A DNA stretch of 64,000 nucleotides, taken from positions 102,524-166,523 of the IMG/VR virus record IMGVR_UViG_3300028797_000094; one strand, 5' to 3'. The position numbers and the translations under genes are program-made. Positions within the stretch are counted from its first letter, which is position 1; each line of letters opens with the position of its first letter. Positions 47,432 to 60,104 of the stretch are shown piece after piece. The notes under the pieces were generated by a model. The model worked only from the letters and a program-made list of their open reading frames with translations. It did not search any database and was not told the origin of the DNA. Source of the DNA: a virus (taxonomy: Duplodnaviria; Heunggongvirae; Uroviricota; Caudoviricetes).

Positions 47432-47818
47432 ATGTCAGTAATTTCAATTCCTGGAAATATTATAGTAATTAATCGTGGAGATACTTATTCTTTTGATTTA
47501 GATTTAACAGATGAAAATGAACAAGTTTATAGATTAAAAGATAAAGATGCTCTATATTTTGGCTTAATGGATCCTCATCAAATGTTTGAAGATGCATTAT
47601 TAAAGAAAAAATTTACAGTAGAAGACTATATTGATGGTGAAGAAGGGGAATCTACTGTTATTAATATTGAAATAAAGCCAGAAGATACAATAGATTTATA
47701 TCCTGGTAAATATTATTATGCAATTAAATTAAAATTAGATCATTATGATGACGATGATGAACATATTACTGGTGTAAAAACTGTAGTTAATAAAACAAAA
47801 TTTATTATTTGTGATTAA
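47432..47818 (+). CDS. hypothetical late protein
   Basis: ORF in track; late box 47389-47400; RBS AAAGGAGAAAAACT-ATG. Confidence 0.55.
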   Translation: MSVISIPGNIIVINRGDTYSFDLDLTDENEQVYRLKDKDALYFGLMDPHQMFEDALLKKKFTVEDYIDGEEGESTVINIEIKPEDTIDLYPGKYYYAIKLKLDHYDDDDEHITGVKTVVNKTKFIICD

Positions 47819-47835
47819 AGATTGGAGGCTAAAAA

Positions 47836-50800
47836 ATGGCTGATAAAATTAGTGGAAAAATAACTAATACCACAAAAGAATTAAGTGGTTCAGTTGCAGC
47901 TGGTGGTGGTGTAAAAGATCATGAAAGACTAATTAATCGTGATAAACCAAATCAACACCCAATAGATGCAATTACAGATTTACGTAAAGAATTAAATAGT
48001 AAACTTGACTCAGAAACAGCTTTGCCTCTAATTGAAGAAGCTACAAAAGGAAAAGCTAAAGGTTTATATTTTGATGCTAAAAAAGAATTAGCAAGAAAGG
48101 CTTTTTGATATTTAACTTCTGATGTCGATCCAGTTACTGGTATGGGAACTAAAGAATCTATCATCTCAGGTCCTTATGATTTAGGTGCCGGAGGCGGTGG
48201 AGGAGGTGGCGGTGGAAGCACTACTACTGTTAAAATCTCTGTTGCTATTGATCCAGAAACAGGTGAAAAAATGTGGCCACAAAATGTAGCTGTTGGTTCA
48301 AAATGTATTATTGGAATTAATTGATCTTCTTTAAGAGATACTGAGCCAACTGGTCGTGGTGATGTTTATGTTTATGTTGACGGTAAATTAGTTGTTAATG
48401 GTAAATATAATCAAGGTATTGTTACTTTTGATTTAACACAATTTATTGTTGCAGGAAATAATAAAATTGAAGTTAGAGTAGTTGATGCTTATTCAACAGT
48501 TAAAAATCTTATTGGTTCAGTTAATGGTGTTACTTTAAGATTAACTTCTAATTTTGAAGATGATATTAGTTATACAGGTGATGTTACTTTTACTTATACA
48601 CCAATTGGTAGTATTCGTAAAACAATTTACTTTATTGTAGATGGAATTCCTTGTGGTGCTCCTGAAGTAACAGAAAAAACAAATGAACAATTAACAAGAT
48701 TACTTCCAAAAGCTGTTTTAACACATGGCTCACATACATTAAGAGTATATTTTGAAGCAGAATTAGATGGTGAAACAGTTAGATCTAATGAATTATTCTA
48801 TGATTTAATTTGTTATGAAGCAGGTAATAATACTCCAATTATTGCTTCACCTTTTGATGCTTCAGTTGAACAAGAACAATATGTATCTTTCAATGTTAGA
48901 TATAGAGTTTATACTCCAGGTAAAAATACTTCAACAGTTATTTTACAAATTGATGGAGTTGACCAAGAACCTATTACAGTTGGAACAGGTTTCCAAAATT
49001 GAGAAAATAGATTTGATAATGTTGGTTCACACACATTAAAAATTAAAACTGGAACAGTTGAAAAAACATTTATTATTTATGTTCATGAAACAACTATTCA
49101 TGTTGAACCAGTTACTGCAGCTTTAGCATTATCATTAAGTGCTTATGGTAGAAGTAATACTGAAGCTATTGATAAACGTACTAAATGAGATGATTTAGAT
49201 CATAATATTTCTGGTACATTAACTGGATTTAACTGGGTTTCAAATGGTTGGTTATTAGATGAAAATAATAATACAGTTTTAAGAGTTTCTGGTGATGCTC
49301 GTGTTGAAATTGACTATAAACCATTTGAAAAAGACTGTACTGTTACAGGTAAAACATTTGAATTTGAAATTGCTACAAGAGATATTAAGGACTTTGAAAG
49401 TAGAATTATTGAATGCTTAGACGGTACTGATTCTATTACATATTCACAAGGATATGCAGGTGAAGATACTCGTCAATTAAGATTTATTGTTGCTAATGTA
49501 GATAATGAAAAATTTGCTGCAAAAGTAACAGGTGTTCATGGAAACTATTTATTTGTTTTTGATGGAACTGACTGAGATTTAGATAATACTAAAGTTACAT
49601 TTGAACAATTAGAAGATGAATATGGTATTAGTCTTGAAGAAATTGGTAGTTCACATGATGAAACTTCACATTATTTAGCAGGTGATAGAATTTCTATTTA
49701 CTATGCTGTTGCTGGTAAAGGTTTCTATTTAACTTCACAATTAGCAAGATTACAATCTCAACAATCTGCTTTATCAACTCAATATAAAGAAGGTGACAGA
49801 GTAAGATTATCATTTGTAGTTGAAAAACGTACTGAAGGAACTGAAACATTTAGAACAAGATTAATTTATATGTATATTAATGGTATTCTATCTGGTGTAA
49901 GTAGATATGTTGAAGGTGACACTTTTAAACAAACTCCTCCAAGTATTATTAAAATTGGTTCAAATGATTCTACAGTAGATATTTATAATTTAAAGATTTA
50001 TGATAATAACTTGACAAGACAACAAATTGTTAATAACTGAATTGCAGATATTAATGACCCTGTTGAAAAAGCAAGATTATATAAACATAATGATAACTAT
50101 GATGATTCTGGAAATATTACTGTTGAAAAAATCGCTGCTTTAGGTGATTTACCTTATATGACTTTAATTGGCCCAGACCTACCAGCATATAAGAAAGATA
50201 GAAAATATATGCAAGTTGATTATGTTAACTTAGCAGACCCAGATAGAGATTTTACAGCTGAAAATGCAAGAGTAGACGTTCAAGGTACGTCTTCACAATA
50301 CTATTTTAGAAAGAACTTCAAGATTAAATTTGAAGGTGGTTTCTATGATGATAATGGAAACTGAAGTGAACATTATAAAATGCGTGGAGATGATTCTAAG
50401 AAAGAAAAAACATTTACATTTAAAGCTGACGTTGCTTCTTCAGAAGGTACTAATAACGTTGAATTAGTTAGATATTTTGAAGATACTAAGAATTGGTTCT
50501 CACCTCCTGAATTATTACCAGATGAAGATATTCCAGGAAGCACAGATAGTAAAAAACGTATCCGTGTTGGTATTGATGGTTTTCCAATTGTTATGTTCCA
50601 TAATGATGGTGAAAAAACATATTTCTATGGAAAAATGAATTTCAATAATGACAAGGATAATAAGAGAACATTTGGCTTCAAAGATGGTGATGAATGTTGA
50701 GAATTTATTAATAATACTACACCACTTGTATTATTTAAAACAAATGATTTAGCTGACTGAGCTTCTTCATTTGAATCTCGTTACCCAGAAGAATATGGCG

Positions 50801-53800
50801 ATGATGAACATCCATATGGTACTGGTGCAGGTGAATTAGATAAATTACAAGAATTATTAGATTGAATTATTCAAACTAAACGTTTAGATACAGATTCAGA
50901 AGAAGAAAAAGCAAGAAAATTAAATAAATTTAAAACTGAGTTCACATTACATTTTAATAAGAATTCTACATTATACTATTATTTATTTACTGAATTATTC
51001 TTAATGGTTGACTCACGTGCAAAGAATGCAATGCTTTGCTATTATAAGAGCAGACAAGCAGGTGATGGTGGAAATAGATGATTCTGACTTCCATATGACA
51101 TGGACACTGCTTTAGGTATCAACAATGAAGGTCTTTTAGTATTTAACTATGATAAAGAAGATACTGATTTACAAGAAGGTGCATATATTTATAATGGCCA
51201 AGATTCAGTATTCTGAAACAATGTAAGAGATGCATTCCAACCAGAATTAAAAGCTATGTATGAACAATTACGTTCTAATGGCGCTGGTGATGGGGCTCCA
51301 GTTTGAAGTTTTGATACCATTGAAAAATATTATCAAGATCATCAAGCTAAATGAAGTGAATCAATTTTTAATGAAGATGCTTATACTAAATATTTATATC
51401 CTTATATTTATAATCAAGATGCTACTTATTTAGGTATGGCTCAAGGTTCAAAAGCTGAGCAACGTAGATGGTGGTTAGCAAATAGATTTAGATATATGGA
51501 TTCTAAATACTTAACAGGAGATGCAAAAGGAACTACTTTAATGCTTCGTGCTTATGCAAAGAGTAATTTTGAAGTTGTACCTTATATTAACTGTTATGTA
51601 ACAGGTGTATTTGATCAAGCAATTGATGATTTAACAGTTACTCATCGTGCTGAAAAAGATGTTAAAACTGTTATTGAAGCACCAGAGCATTGGGATCCAG
51701 CAGGTGTTGACTCAGTTGTAATTTTATATTCAGCTGATTTACTAAAAGATGTCGGTGATTTATCATTATTCCAACCTGGTTATGCAGACTTTTCTAAAGC
51801 AATAAAATTACAAAGATTAGTTATTGGTAATAAAACTGTTCAAAATGAAAAACTTCGTGGTTTAAATGTTGGTGCTAATAACTTACTTACATATTTAGAT
51901 GCACGAAACTGTCCAAATTTAGGTATTGCAGGTCAAAGTGGTACTGCTGAAGCAACTCCAACAATTGACTTAAGTAAATGTATTAGTATTGAAGAAGTTC
52001 ACTTTGAGAATACAGCTATTAAAGGTTGTATATTCCCAACTGGTGGTAACTTAAAAGAAGTTCATTTACCAAATACATTAACAAGCTTAGCAATTAGAAA
52101 TCACCCTAACTTAGAAGTATTTGAATTAGGTGATCCAAATGCTACATTAGATTTATCTAATTTAAAATCATTATGACTTGAAGATATTCCAAGCTCAGTA
52201 ATTAATTCTTATAACTATGTTATGGCTATGGCTGCAACATCTTCTATAAGATTAATTGGCATTGATGAAGTTTATTCTTCATCTGCACAAATTAAGCAAT
52301 TCTATGACAAATTAGATACTTTAACAGGTTTAGATGAAAAAGGTGATAATGTTGCAAAAGCTCAAATTACTGGTGTTATTCATGTAAATGAAATTACTTA
52401 TGCAGATTTAGTTTCATTTGAAACAAGATATCCAGAAGTAAGAATAGATGCTGAAATTGTTAGATGCTTAGTTACATTCTATAATGATGGCGAATTCTAT
52501 AATAGTGCTTGGGTAATTCAAAATAATTATCTTACTAAAGTTATTTTAGACCCAACTAAAGAATCATCTATTTCAACTGATTATACTTTTAGTAGATGAG
52601 ATGTTTGAAATAGAGAAACTTTAATTACAACAGACTTAGATGTTAATGCAGTATATACTGAATCTGTTAGACAATATACTATTAATTTTATTAAGCAATA
52701 TGATCAGGCTGTTTTTGCGCCTGGTTATGGACCAGTAGAAATAGTAGATTGAAATACTTTAGCTACGTCTCAACAATTAGTCTGAAATGATCCATCAGTT
52801 ACATTTATTAACTGATTTACTGAAGCTATTGCTGGAGAAGAATTTAACTTTAGTCGTCCAATTGATAGAGATTATACTTTATATGCTCATTGACAAGATT
52901 CATCATTGCCAACAGTTAGTGCAAGTGCAGCTTCTTACAATTTAATTGCAATTAGTGCGCATGATAATGTTGGTATTAGTGGATATCAAGTGCAATTAAA
53001 TCAAGATGAACCTGATGAAAATGCATGAGTTGATGTAATTCCTGCAGTTGAAAACTTTAATACTAATTATGAAATAGATAATTATGGAACTTATTATATT
53101 TTTGTAAAAGATAATAATGATAATGTTCAATCAACATCAATTAATTCTTATCAATTAACAACTAATACTGTTCCAGGAGTTTTAAATTATCATATACTTT
53201 ATAATGATGAAGTAGATTTAACTAACTTTATCTTAGCAGGACAAGAATTTAAAATTACTGCAAACTTTGATTCTCATTACGAAAATACAGAAATAAGTGT
53301 AAATGATATTCCATATACATATGATACTTCTGTTGCTGTATGAGAAGATAAAATTATTGATATTTTATGTACACCTAAAAAATATAGAGTTCAATTTAAT
53401 AATGGCTCTAAGGGAACTAAACCAAGTGATCAATTAATTACTTATAAAACTTTAGTTGAACATCCAGGTGCACAATATGACAAAGGTTATATTATTGAGG
53501 CATGATATAAAGATCAAACATTTACTACTATTTGAGATTTTGCAATTAAAACAGTTGAAGCTGAAGATTTAGATGTAAATGAAACTGTTCAATTATATGC
53601 TAAATGAGTAGAATATACAATGCCTACAAGATTAACAGTAGTTATTCCTGAACAATGGCCACACAGTCAAGCTGAAATAACAGACCCTTATGAGTATATT
53701 AGTGATTATTATGATTATAGAGCTGGTACTTCTTATGGTGATTTAATTCCAGATAAGACAATTTATATGGCATTTAGTATAATACCAGATTCAACACACT

Positions 53801-55089
53801 ATAATAGAGTAATTATTGATTTTGGTGATGGAAGTCCACAAGAAACTTATCAAGATGTTGGTGGTATACTTCATGTAACACATGAATATGCTGAAGCTGG
53901 CACATATATAATTGAAGTCTATGGTCGTGGTGAATATAGATTTAGTGATAACTTTAATAGTAAAACAGTAAATCCATCACGTTGTTTAGTAGATGTTGAT
54001 TTAGCTTGAGATGTAAGCTATTTAGATAGCTATGCATTTATGGCAACTAAATTAGATCATGTAGTTATGACAGATTATTTAACACGTCTTGGTGATGGTG
54101 TATTTGCAAACTGTCCATATATTACTACTGTAAATATTCCACAAAATATTAAATCTTTTGGTGGACAAGTATTTAGTGCTTGTAAAAATTTAGTATCTGC
54201 AACATTTAATTCAAAAATTGGAAGTATTGGAAATGCTACATTTAGAGAATGTTCTAAGTTAACTAATGTTATTTTACCAAATGGAATTAAGCGTATTGGT
54301 GATGAGTGCTTTAGAGCTTGTACATCTTTAATAGCTATTTCTTTACCAGATACATTAGAAACTATTGGTGCAAGTTGTTTTGAAAATTCAGGAATTACAA
54401 GTATTATAATTCCAAGTACTGTTACTTTAATTGGCACAACATTTACTGGATATATCCAAGGAAGAGCTTTTGCAAATTGTTATAATTTAGAAAAAGTTAT
54501 TATGAATACTGATAATGTTATTATTGGTAGTTCTATTTGAGATAATTGTCCAAAATTATTAACAGCAGGTCCAATTGGAAGTGAATGCAATATTGAATTT
54601 GCTTGAACTGAAAAAATTCCTGACTATGGACTATCTGGTTCAAATGATTATAATTATTTAAATAGAATTACTTTACCAAATACAATTAAAGAAATTGGGC
54701 AAGGAGCTTTATGAGGAGCTAAAATTTCTGAAATTAATTTACCTCTTGGTTTAGAAAAGATTGGTGAAGATGCATTTACTGCTACAAGAATAACATCTAT
54801 TTCAGTACCAAATAGAGTAACTTATATAGGTGATAGTTTCTGTAGAAATTGTAGATTTTTAAATAGAATTGACTTATATTGTGCTGGAAGTTTAAATCAA
54901 CCTGCAGTAAACACTAAAGCTTGGTTCTCAGGTGTTTATAAAGAACAAGCTGGTTCAGACCCTAAACTACATATATTAGAGTATTTAGATACACCAGAAG
55001 AAATTTTAGAAGCATTTGGTCCATATTTAACAGTTTGTGGCCCAACAAGTGATGATAATTTAACTTGTGTATCTGACTTACAACTATAA
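47836..55089 (+). CDS. giant 2417-aa structural protein (TGA=Trp) with poly-Gly tract, CotH-like segment and C-terminal BspA-type leucine-rich repeats
   Basis: Eight track ORFs (47836, 48142, 50158, 50380, 51436, 52222, 53620, 54040) share one frame and are separated only by TGA. VDSRAKNAMLCYYK...NRWFWLPYDMDTALG resembles CotH-kinase-fold signatures. C-terminal repeats are of the IPxxVTxIGxxAFxxCxxL type. TAA at 55087 overlaps the next RBS. Confidence 0.55.
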
Positions 55090-55099
55090 GGAGCTAATT

Positions 55100-55318
55100 A
55101 TGACTATTAATATTATTCAAACAATTACTAATAAGCTAACAATAGATGAACAATTAATAGATAGCAAAGTAAAAGAAAGCTTTGCTATCTATCCTGATGA
55201 AAATAAAGTTTTAAGAAATAAACTTACTGGAACAATTGTCCCTGGATTAATTATTGTAGCTTCAAAAGATGCTATAAATAATTATGAAGAAATAGATGAT
55301 CCAAGAATTAAGAAATAA
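55100..55318 (+). CDS. hypothetical small late protein
   Basis: AAGGAGCTAATT-ATG; track ORF 55067 is in the same frame. Confidence 0.5.
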   Translation: MTINIIQTITNKLTIDEQLIDSKVKESFAIYPDENKVLRNKLTGTIVPGLIIVASKDAINNYEEIDDPRIKK

Positions 55319-55335
55319 AATTTAAGGCTTTATTT

Positions 55336-55347
55336 ATTGCTAAATTA
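55336..55347 (+). promoter_or_regulatory. late-promoter box (variant ATTGCTAAATTA)
   Basis: As above. Confidence 0.5.
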
Positions 55348-55389
55348 TTTAGTAGATATTCAAAATATATTAAAGGAGAATATTCTAAG

Positions 55390-56040
55390 ATGGCAGAAAT
55401 TAAAACAATTCAATTTAAACGTGGTCGTAAAGCTGTTTTAGAAGCTAAACTTAAAGCAGGTGAACTTGGTGTTTTACTTGCTGGTGAACCTGCTTGAGAA
55501 ACAGATTTAGGTGGTTTAAAAATTGGTGATGGTGTTAATGCCTATGCTGATTTACCTTATATCACTGGCAGTGGTGGAGGCCAAGACAGTCGTTTTGTTA
55601 TAAATGATCCACTTGCTAATCAAGTATTATTATATGATAGTACATTAGGAAAATGAGTAAATAAAGATTTATCTGATGATAATAGTATTATTTATTTAGC
55701 TCAACAAGGTTTAACTCTTAAGGGCTATGCAAATGCTTCACAAGGACAAATGCTTGTTAAAGATAATACTAATGGTTTAACTTGGGTAAATCCAGTATCA
55801 GACCAAGTATTACAAACATATGCAGCAGCAGCTGAAGCTTCTAAAAATGAAGCAGCAGCACAAGCAATTGTAGCTGGTAATAAAGCTGTTGAGGCATCAA
55901 CAAGTGCAACACAAGCAAATCAAATTAATCAACAAACTATTGCTTGATTTAATAACAAATTCTGGTGAGGCACTTTAGCAGAATATAATGAATTAGAATC
56001 TATTGACCCAGGTACATTCTATTTTATTACAGTAAGCTAA
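55390..56040 (+). CDS. tail-fibre-like protein with N-terminal phage fibre motif (TGA=Trp)
   Basis: Late box 55336-55347; RBS AAAGGAGAAT; TIQFKRGRKAVLEAKLKAGELGVLLAGEPAWETDLGGLKIGDGVNAYADLPYI is the widespread fibre/hyaluronidase N-terminal motif. Confidence 0.55.
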
Positions 56041-56056
56041 TTTTGAGGTGATTACA

Positions 56057-56341
56057 ATGGCAAAAGTTGTATTACATCCAATTAGAGATAATCAATTAAT
56101 GATTAATAATAAGGAATTTTTTGGACTAAATGTTTCAAAAGTAATTGTTGGAGTAGAAAATTCAGAAAGAACTGAATTATTAACTGATCCAAATACTGGG
56201 TTAAATTATAGCAGAACAGCTGTTGAAGGACAAGAAATCTATAATATTTCATCACAAAAACATCATCCTTGATTTATTTTAGATTTAGAAACTGGTTCAA
56301 GAGGCTGATATCCTGGTAAACAACCAGAAGATAATGAATAA
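56057..56341 (+). CDS. hypothetical late protein (TGA=Trp)
   Basis: RBS GAGGTGATTACA-ATG; reads through two TGA to TAA at 56339. Confidence 0.45.
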
Positions 56342-56369
56342 ATTAAAAGAATAGGAGAAAGTAAATAAA

Positions 56370-59048
56370 ATGGCAAATAACAATCATTTTAATTTAACAT
56401 TAGACACTGTAGCACCAACCGGTTCTATTGCCCGTCCAAATCACTATGTAAAAGATAATACTCAAAATTTGACTATTGGCTATACTGTTGGTGATGCTAT
56501 ATTAATGAAAGTTTGATTTAATGGTAATGCTATCGGAACTGAAAGTGATACAGAATATGGTGCAGCAAACTGAGAAGCAGTTTCTCAAACAAAAGCTACA
56601 GATTTTAGTACTGATGGTACTTATTATTACCATGTACAATTTATGGATAGTGTAAATAATAAATCAGCTATTTATGATACTGCTGAAATTATTTATGACC
56701 GCACTGCACCAGTTGTTAATAGTTTAACTCTTACAGATCCAACAACTGGAAGTCATATTAGAACAAAGAGCACAACTATTAATTGGTCTTTTGCTTATAC
56801 TGAAGTATATCCAGCTCGTTATGTAATTACTGCAACTGATATGGCAACTAATATTGATGTTACTGGAAATATTCCTGCATCACCAGTTAATGGCACATTA
56901 ACATTTGATCAAGGTGCATTAGATGGCTCAAAAACTGTAACTGTTACATTATATGATGAAGCTGGCAATGTTTCTACTGCAGTTTCTCAAACAATTACAT
57001 TAGATACTCAATTAGATGTTCCAGTTATTACTGTTACTAATATTCCTGAACAAGGTGAAGAACCTATAACTATTGCAAACAATTCTTATATTAATTATCA
57101 TGGTGTTAGAGTTAATGTAACTGATACTGATACAGGTGTTGTTAAATATAGAATTTATGAAGAAATTTCAGGACAAACTCCACCAGCATATGAAACACAA
57201 ACTGCTGGCACTTTAGATGAAACTGATGATTTAACATTAAGTAATAATGATGGCGTTAAGACTATTAAAGTTGATGTTGAAGATGATTCTGGAAATACTG
57301 CTTCTGCAACATTTACTATTACTATTGATACAGTAGTTCCTGTTGTTGATATTACTTCAACTACAAGTGTTATTTCTTCACAATCTGGCTATACTACAGC
57401 ACAATTTGATTTAACAGGTACAGATGCAACTGCTGGTGTTAAAGGTTATACAATTTCATGTAATAATACTGTTATAGCTAATGCTAATACAGCTGTTCCT
57501 GCCACTTTTGATTTAACAAAAGCAATTGCTGGTTCTGCTATGATTGAAGGTAGCAATGATATTACATTAACAGTATTTGATAATGCAGGTAATCAAGCTT
57601 CTGATACAACAACTTTAATTTATGATAATACTGCTCCAACTATTACAATTGGTGCTTTACCTGGAACAAGTAATGGTTGATATAATGCTCCATTTGCAGT
57701 TCCACTAACACTTAGTGATGCAAGATTAGATGGTTTTTATATTTGAGTAAATAATACTGAAGTTGATTCTGATATTACAGGTCATTTAAAACGTACTCCT
57801 TCAGGAACATCTGTTGACCCACAAAATATTGAAGGTTTTGATAACTTAGCAGACAATGCTACTTGTTATGTACATGTAGTTGCTATTGATACAGTTGGTA
57901 ATAGTGCTAATGCATCAGCAACATTTAGTTATGATGATACAGCTCCAACTTTAACTTCTGTAATATTTAGTGCATCTGCTTATAATAGTACTTCTGCTTC
58001 ATTAACAATTACTGCAAGTGATGCAACTTCACAATTAGATAAAATGCAAGTAGTTGGCGATATTACTAATGGTACAGCAAGTGGTGACTGAGAAAATTAT
58101 TCTAGTACACGTGCTGTTACATTAACAACTGGTGATGGAAATAAAACTGTTACAGTTTATGTAAAAGATACAGCTGGTAATGTTTCAAGTGCTGTTCAAG
58201 CTACTTGTGAGCTAGATATGGCTAATCCAATAATTATTATTACATTATTTGAAGCTGATGGAGTTACTCCAAAACCAGCAGATTCACCATTAGCAACATT
58301 TGTTGCACATATTCAAGTTGGTGACGATACTGCACAAGCAACAGGTGATGTAAAATATAAAGTATTTGGTGATTATACAATTGGTAGTCAATCTTCACAA
58401 GGAACTCCTGAACCTGCAGAATATATTGATTTCGTACCAGATCAAGGACAATTATATTATACTTTAACTGGTATTTGTACTTCTAATATTACAGGTCGTG
58501 AAAATAAAGTTATTACTGTTAAAGCTTTAGATAATGCTGGAAATACTAATCAAGGTACTGCATCATTCTATTATGATACAAAAGTTCCTGAAGTAAGTGT
58601 TACAGGTATAGATTATCAAGTAATTTCTAAAGCTCATACACTTAGATATGAAGGTATTGTTGCTACAACAAAATATGCAGATGAAATGCATTTTACAATT
58701 GTACCTGATGAAGCTATTATTGCTTATAAAGTTTGTGCATATCTTGATGCTGCTGATTCTGCTTTAAATTATCCAACAAGTGGAACACAAGAAGAAAAGA
58801 ATACTTGAGTAGAGGCACAAGTTGCTATTCCAAATACTGCTGGTTCAATTCATATGAGTGGATCTGCAAGTTCAGCTGCTGATATTGAATGTATGATTAA
58901 AGGCGCTGACTATGAAACTGCATTAGTTGCTCGTGGAGCTGTTGCAGGTTCAACTGCTGAAGGTGCTCATATTGTTGTAGTTTATGTAAAAGACTTAGCT
59001 GGTACATGGTCAGCAATTGCTGATTATACAGTAGTTAATGAAGGATAA
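56370..59048 (+). CDS. 892-aa Ig-like-repeat structural protein (TGA=Trp)
   Basis: RBS AGGAGAAAGTAAATAAA-ATG; track ORFs 56643, 58218 and 58854 share the frame; recurring D-R/N-T-A-P-V/T repeat boundaries typical of bacterial Ig-like domains. Confidence 0.6.
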
Positions 59049-59093
59049 TAAATAAGCTTTAATTAGCTTATCTATTGTGAAAGGTGATTATAT

Positions 59094-59582
59094 ATGACAG
59101 ATTTTGTAGATCTAGATTATAGAGAATACTCAACACCAGAAATTAATTATAAATCAATCAAAATAAATAATGTTGATGTTGCTTTGAGTGGCACTGCAAA
59201 TGTATCATTTCAATCACCTTATAATAGAATTGATATTGTAATGCGACCCATAGAGCATACACCAAGTTATTATGAAGTTAGAATTACAAAAGAAAATGAA
59301 GCATATGATATAGGTTTAGGAAATTTAGCTTATATGAATCAAAGTGTTCCACTTAATGCTGATACTTCTTTTTCTATAAATGTTAATTCTACAAATTTTA
59401 ATAAGGGTGATGGTTTATATAGAATTAGTTTATATGCAAAAAGTAGCGTTGATGGTAGTTGAGATGTTACTTATATGTTATTTGGTTTAAATGAATCAGA
59501 ACCATTTATGCCAAGTGACTCAGATGACTTTGAAGTATTGACTATCAGAGACATACCAAATAATAGCGAGGAGACAGAATAA
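59094..59582 (+). CDS. hypothetical late protein (TGA=Trp)
   Basis: RBS AAAGGTGA; track ORF extends through one TGA to TAA at 59580. Confidence 0.5.
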
Positions 59583-59584
59583 AT

Positions 59585-59884
59585 ATGGCAAATTTTGTTT
59601 CAAAACATACAGGGGCTCAAATTGAAGCCGCATTAGATAAAGCAGCCGAATTAGATTTCACTTATGTAACTTCTGAAACTATTGGTGGAAAAGTTTATAA
59701 AGTTTTTTATAAAGTTAGACCAATTTCAGGAAATGAAGGTAATCAGGTTTATGGTACTGCTTTTCATCCAGATACTGGTGAACAAATGGTAGTATATAAT
59801 GATAAAGGAACTTGTTCAATTAGAAAAGCAAGCGACCCAAACACTATTTCCACTAGTGAAGTTGAGAATTTATTTAATAATTAA
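59585..59884 (+). CDS. hypothetical late protein
   Basis: ORF in track. Confidence 0.5.
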   Translation: MANFVSKHTGAQIEAALDKAAELDFTYVTSETIGGKVYKVFYKVRPISGNEGNQVYGTAFHPDTGEQMVVYNDKGTCSIRKASDPNTISTSEVENLFNN

Positions 59885-59901
59885 AAAGGAGTTAGTAAAA
59901 A

Positions 59902-60102
59902 ATGCCAGACAACACAAAAATTGAAAGAATTAAAATCGGCTCAGTAACACATGAAATTGTTGATGCGACTGCTTTGCATGAAGTTAAAACTATTAATGGT
60001 GCCGCAATTAATGGTAGTGGTAATGTTACATTATCTGATATTGGTGTTACAAGTATTTCTGATACTGAAATTACAAATTTATTTGAAGGGAGCGGTAATT
60101 AA
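59902..60102 (+). CDS. small late protein of the KIxIGS family
   Basis: ORF in track; RBS AAAGGAG. Confidence 0.45.
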   Translation: MPDNTKIERIKIGSVTHEIVDATALHEVKTINGAAINGSGNVTLSDIGVTSISDTEITNLFEGSGN

Positions 60103-60104
60103 TT

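Noticed and set aside
5635-54437. Assorted antisense or alternative-frame ORFs from the track (5635..5832-, 6218..6502-, 12896..13099-, 29459..29764-, 31417..31626-, 31780..32019-, 32029..32472-, 41461..41766-, 44790..44978-, 46168..46407-, 47952..48164-, 54075..54437-, 62913..63143-, 8305..8523+, 8548..8778+, 9832..10026+, 27504..27704+, 32172..32354+, 45797..45985+, 46172..46354+, 48815..49039+)
   Set aside because: Each is fully contained in, or antisense to, a longer ORF that has an RBS, promoter context or recognisable domains. Several have low-complexity, AT-codon-biased translations typical of chance ORFs in AT-rich DNA.
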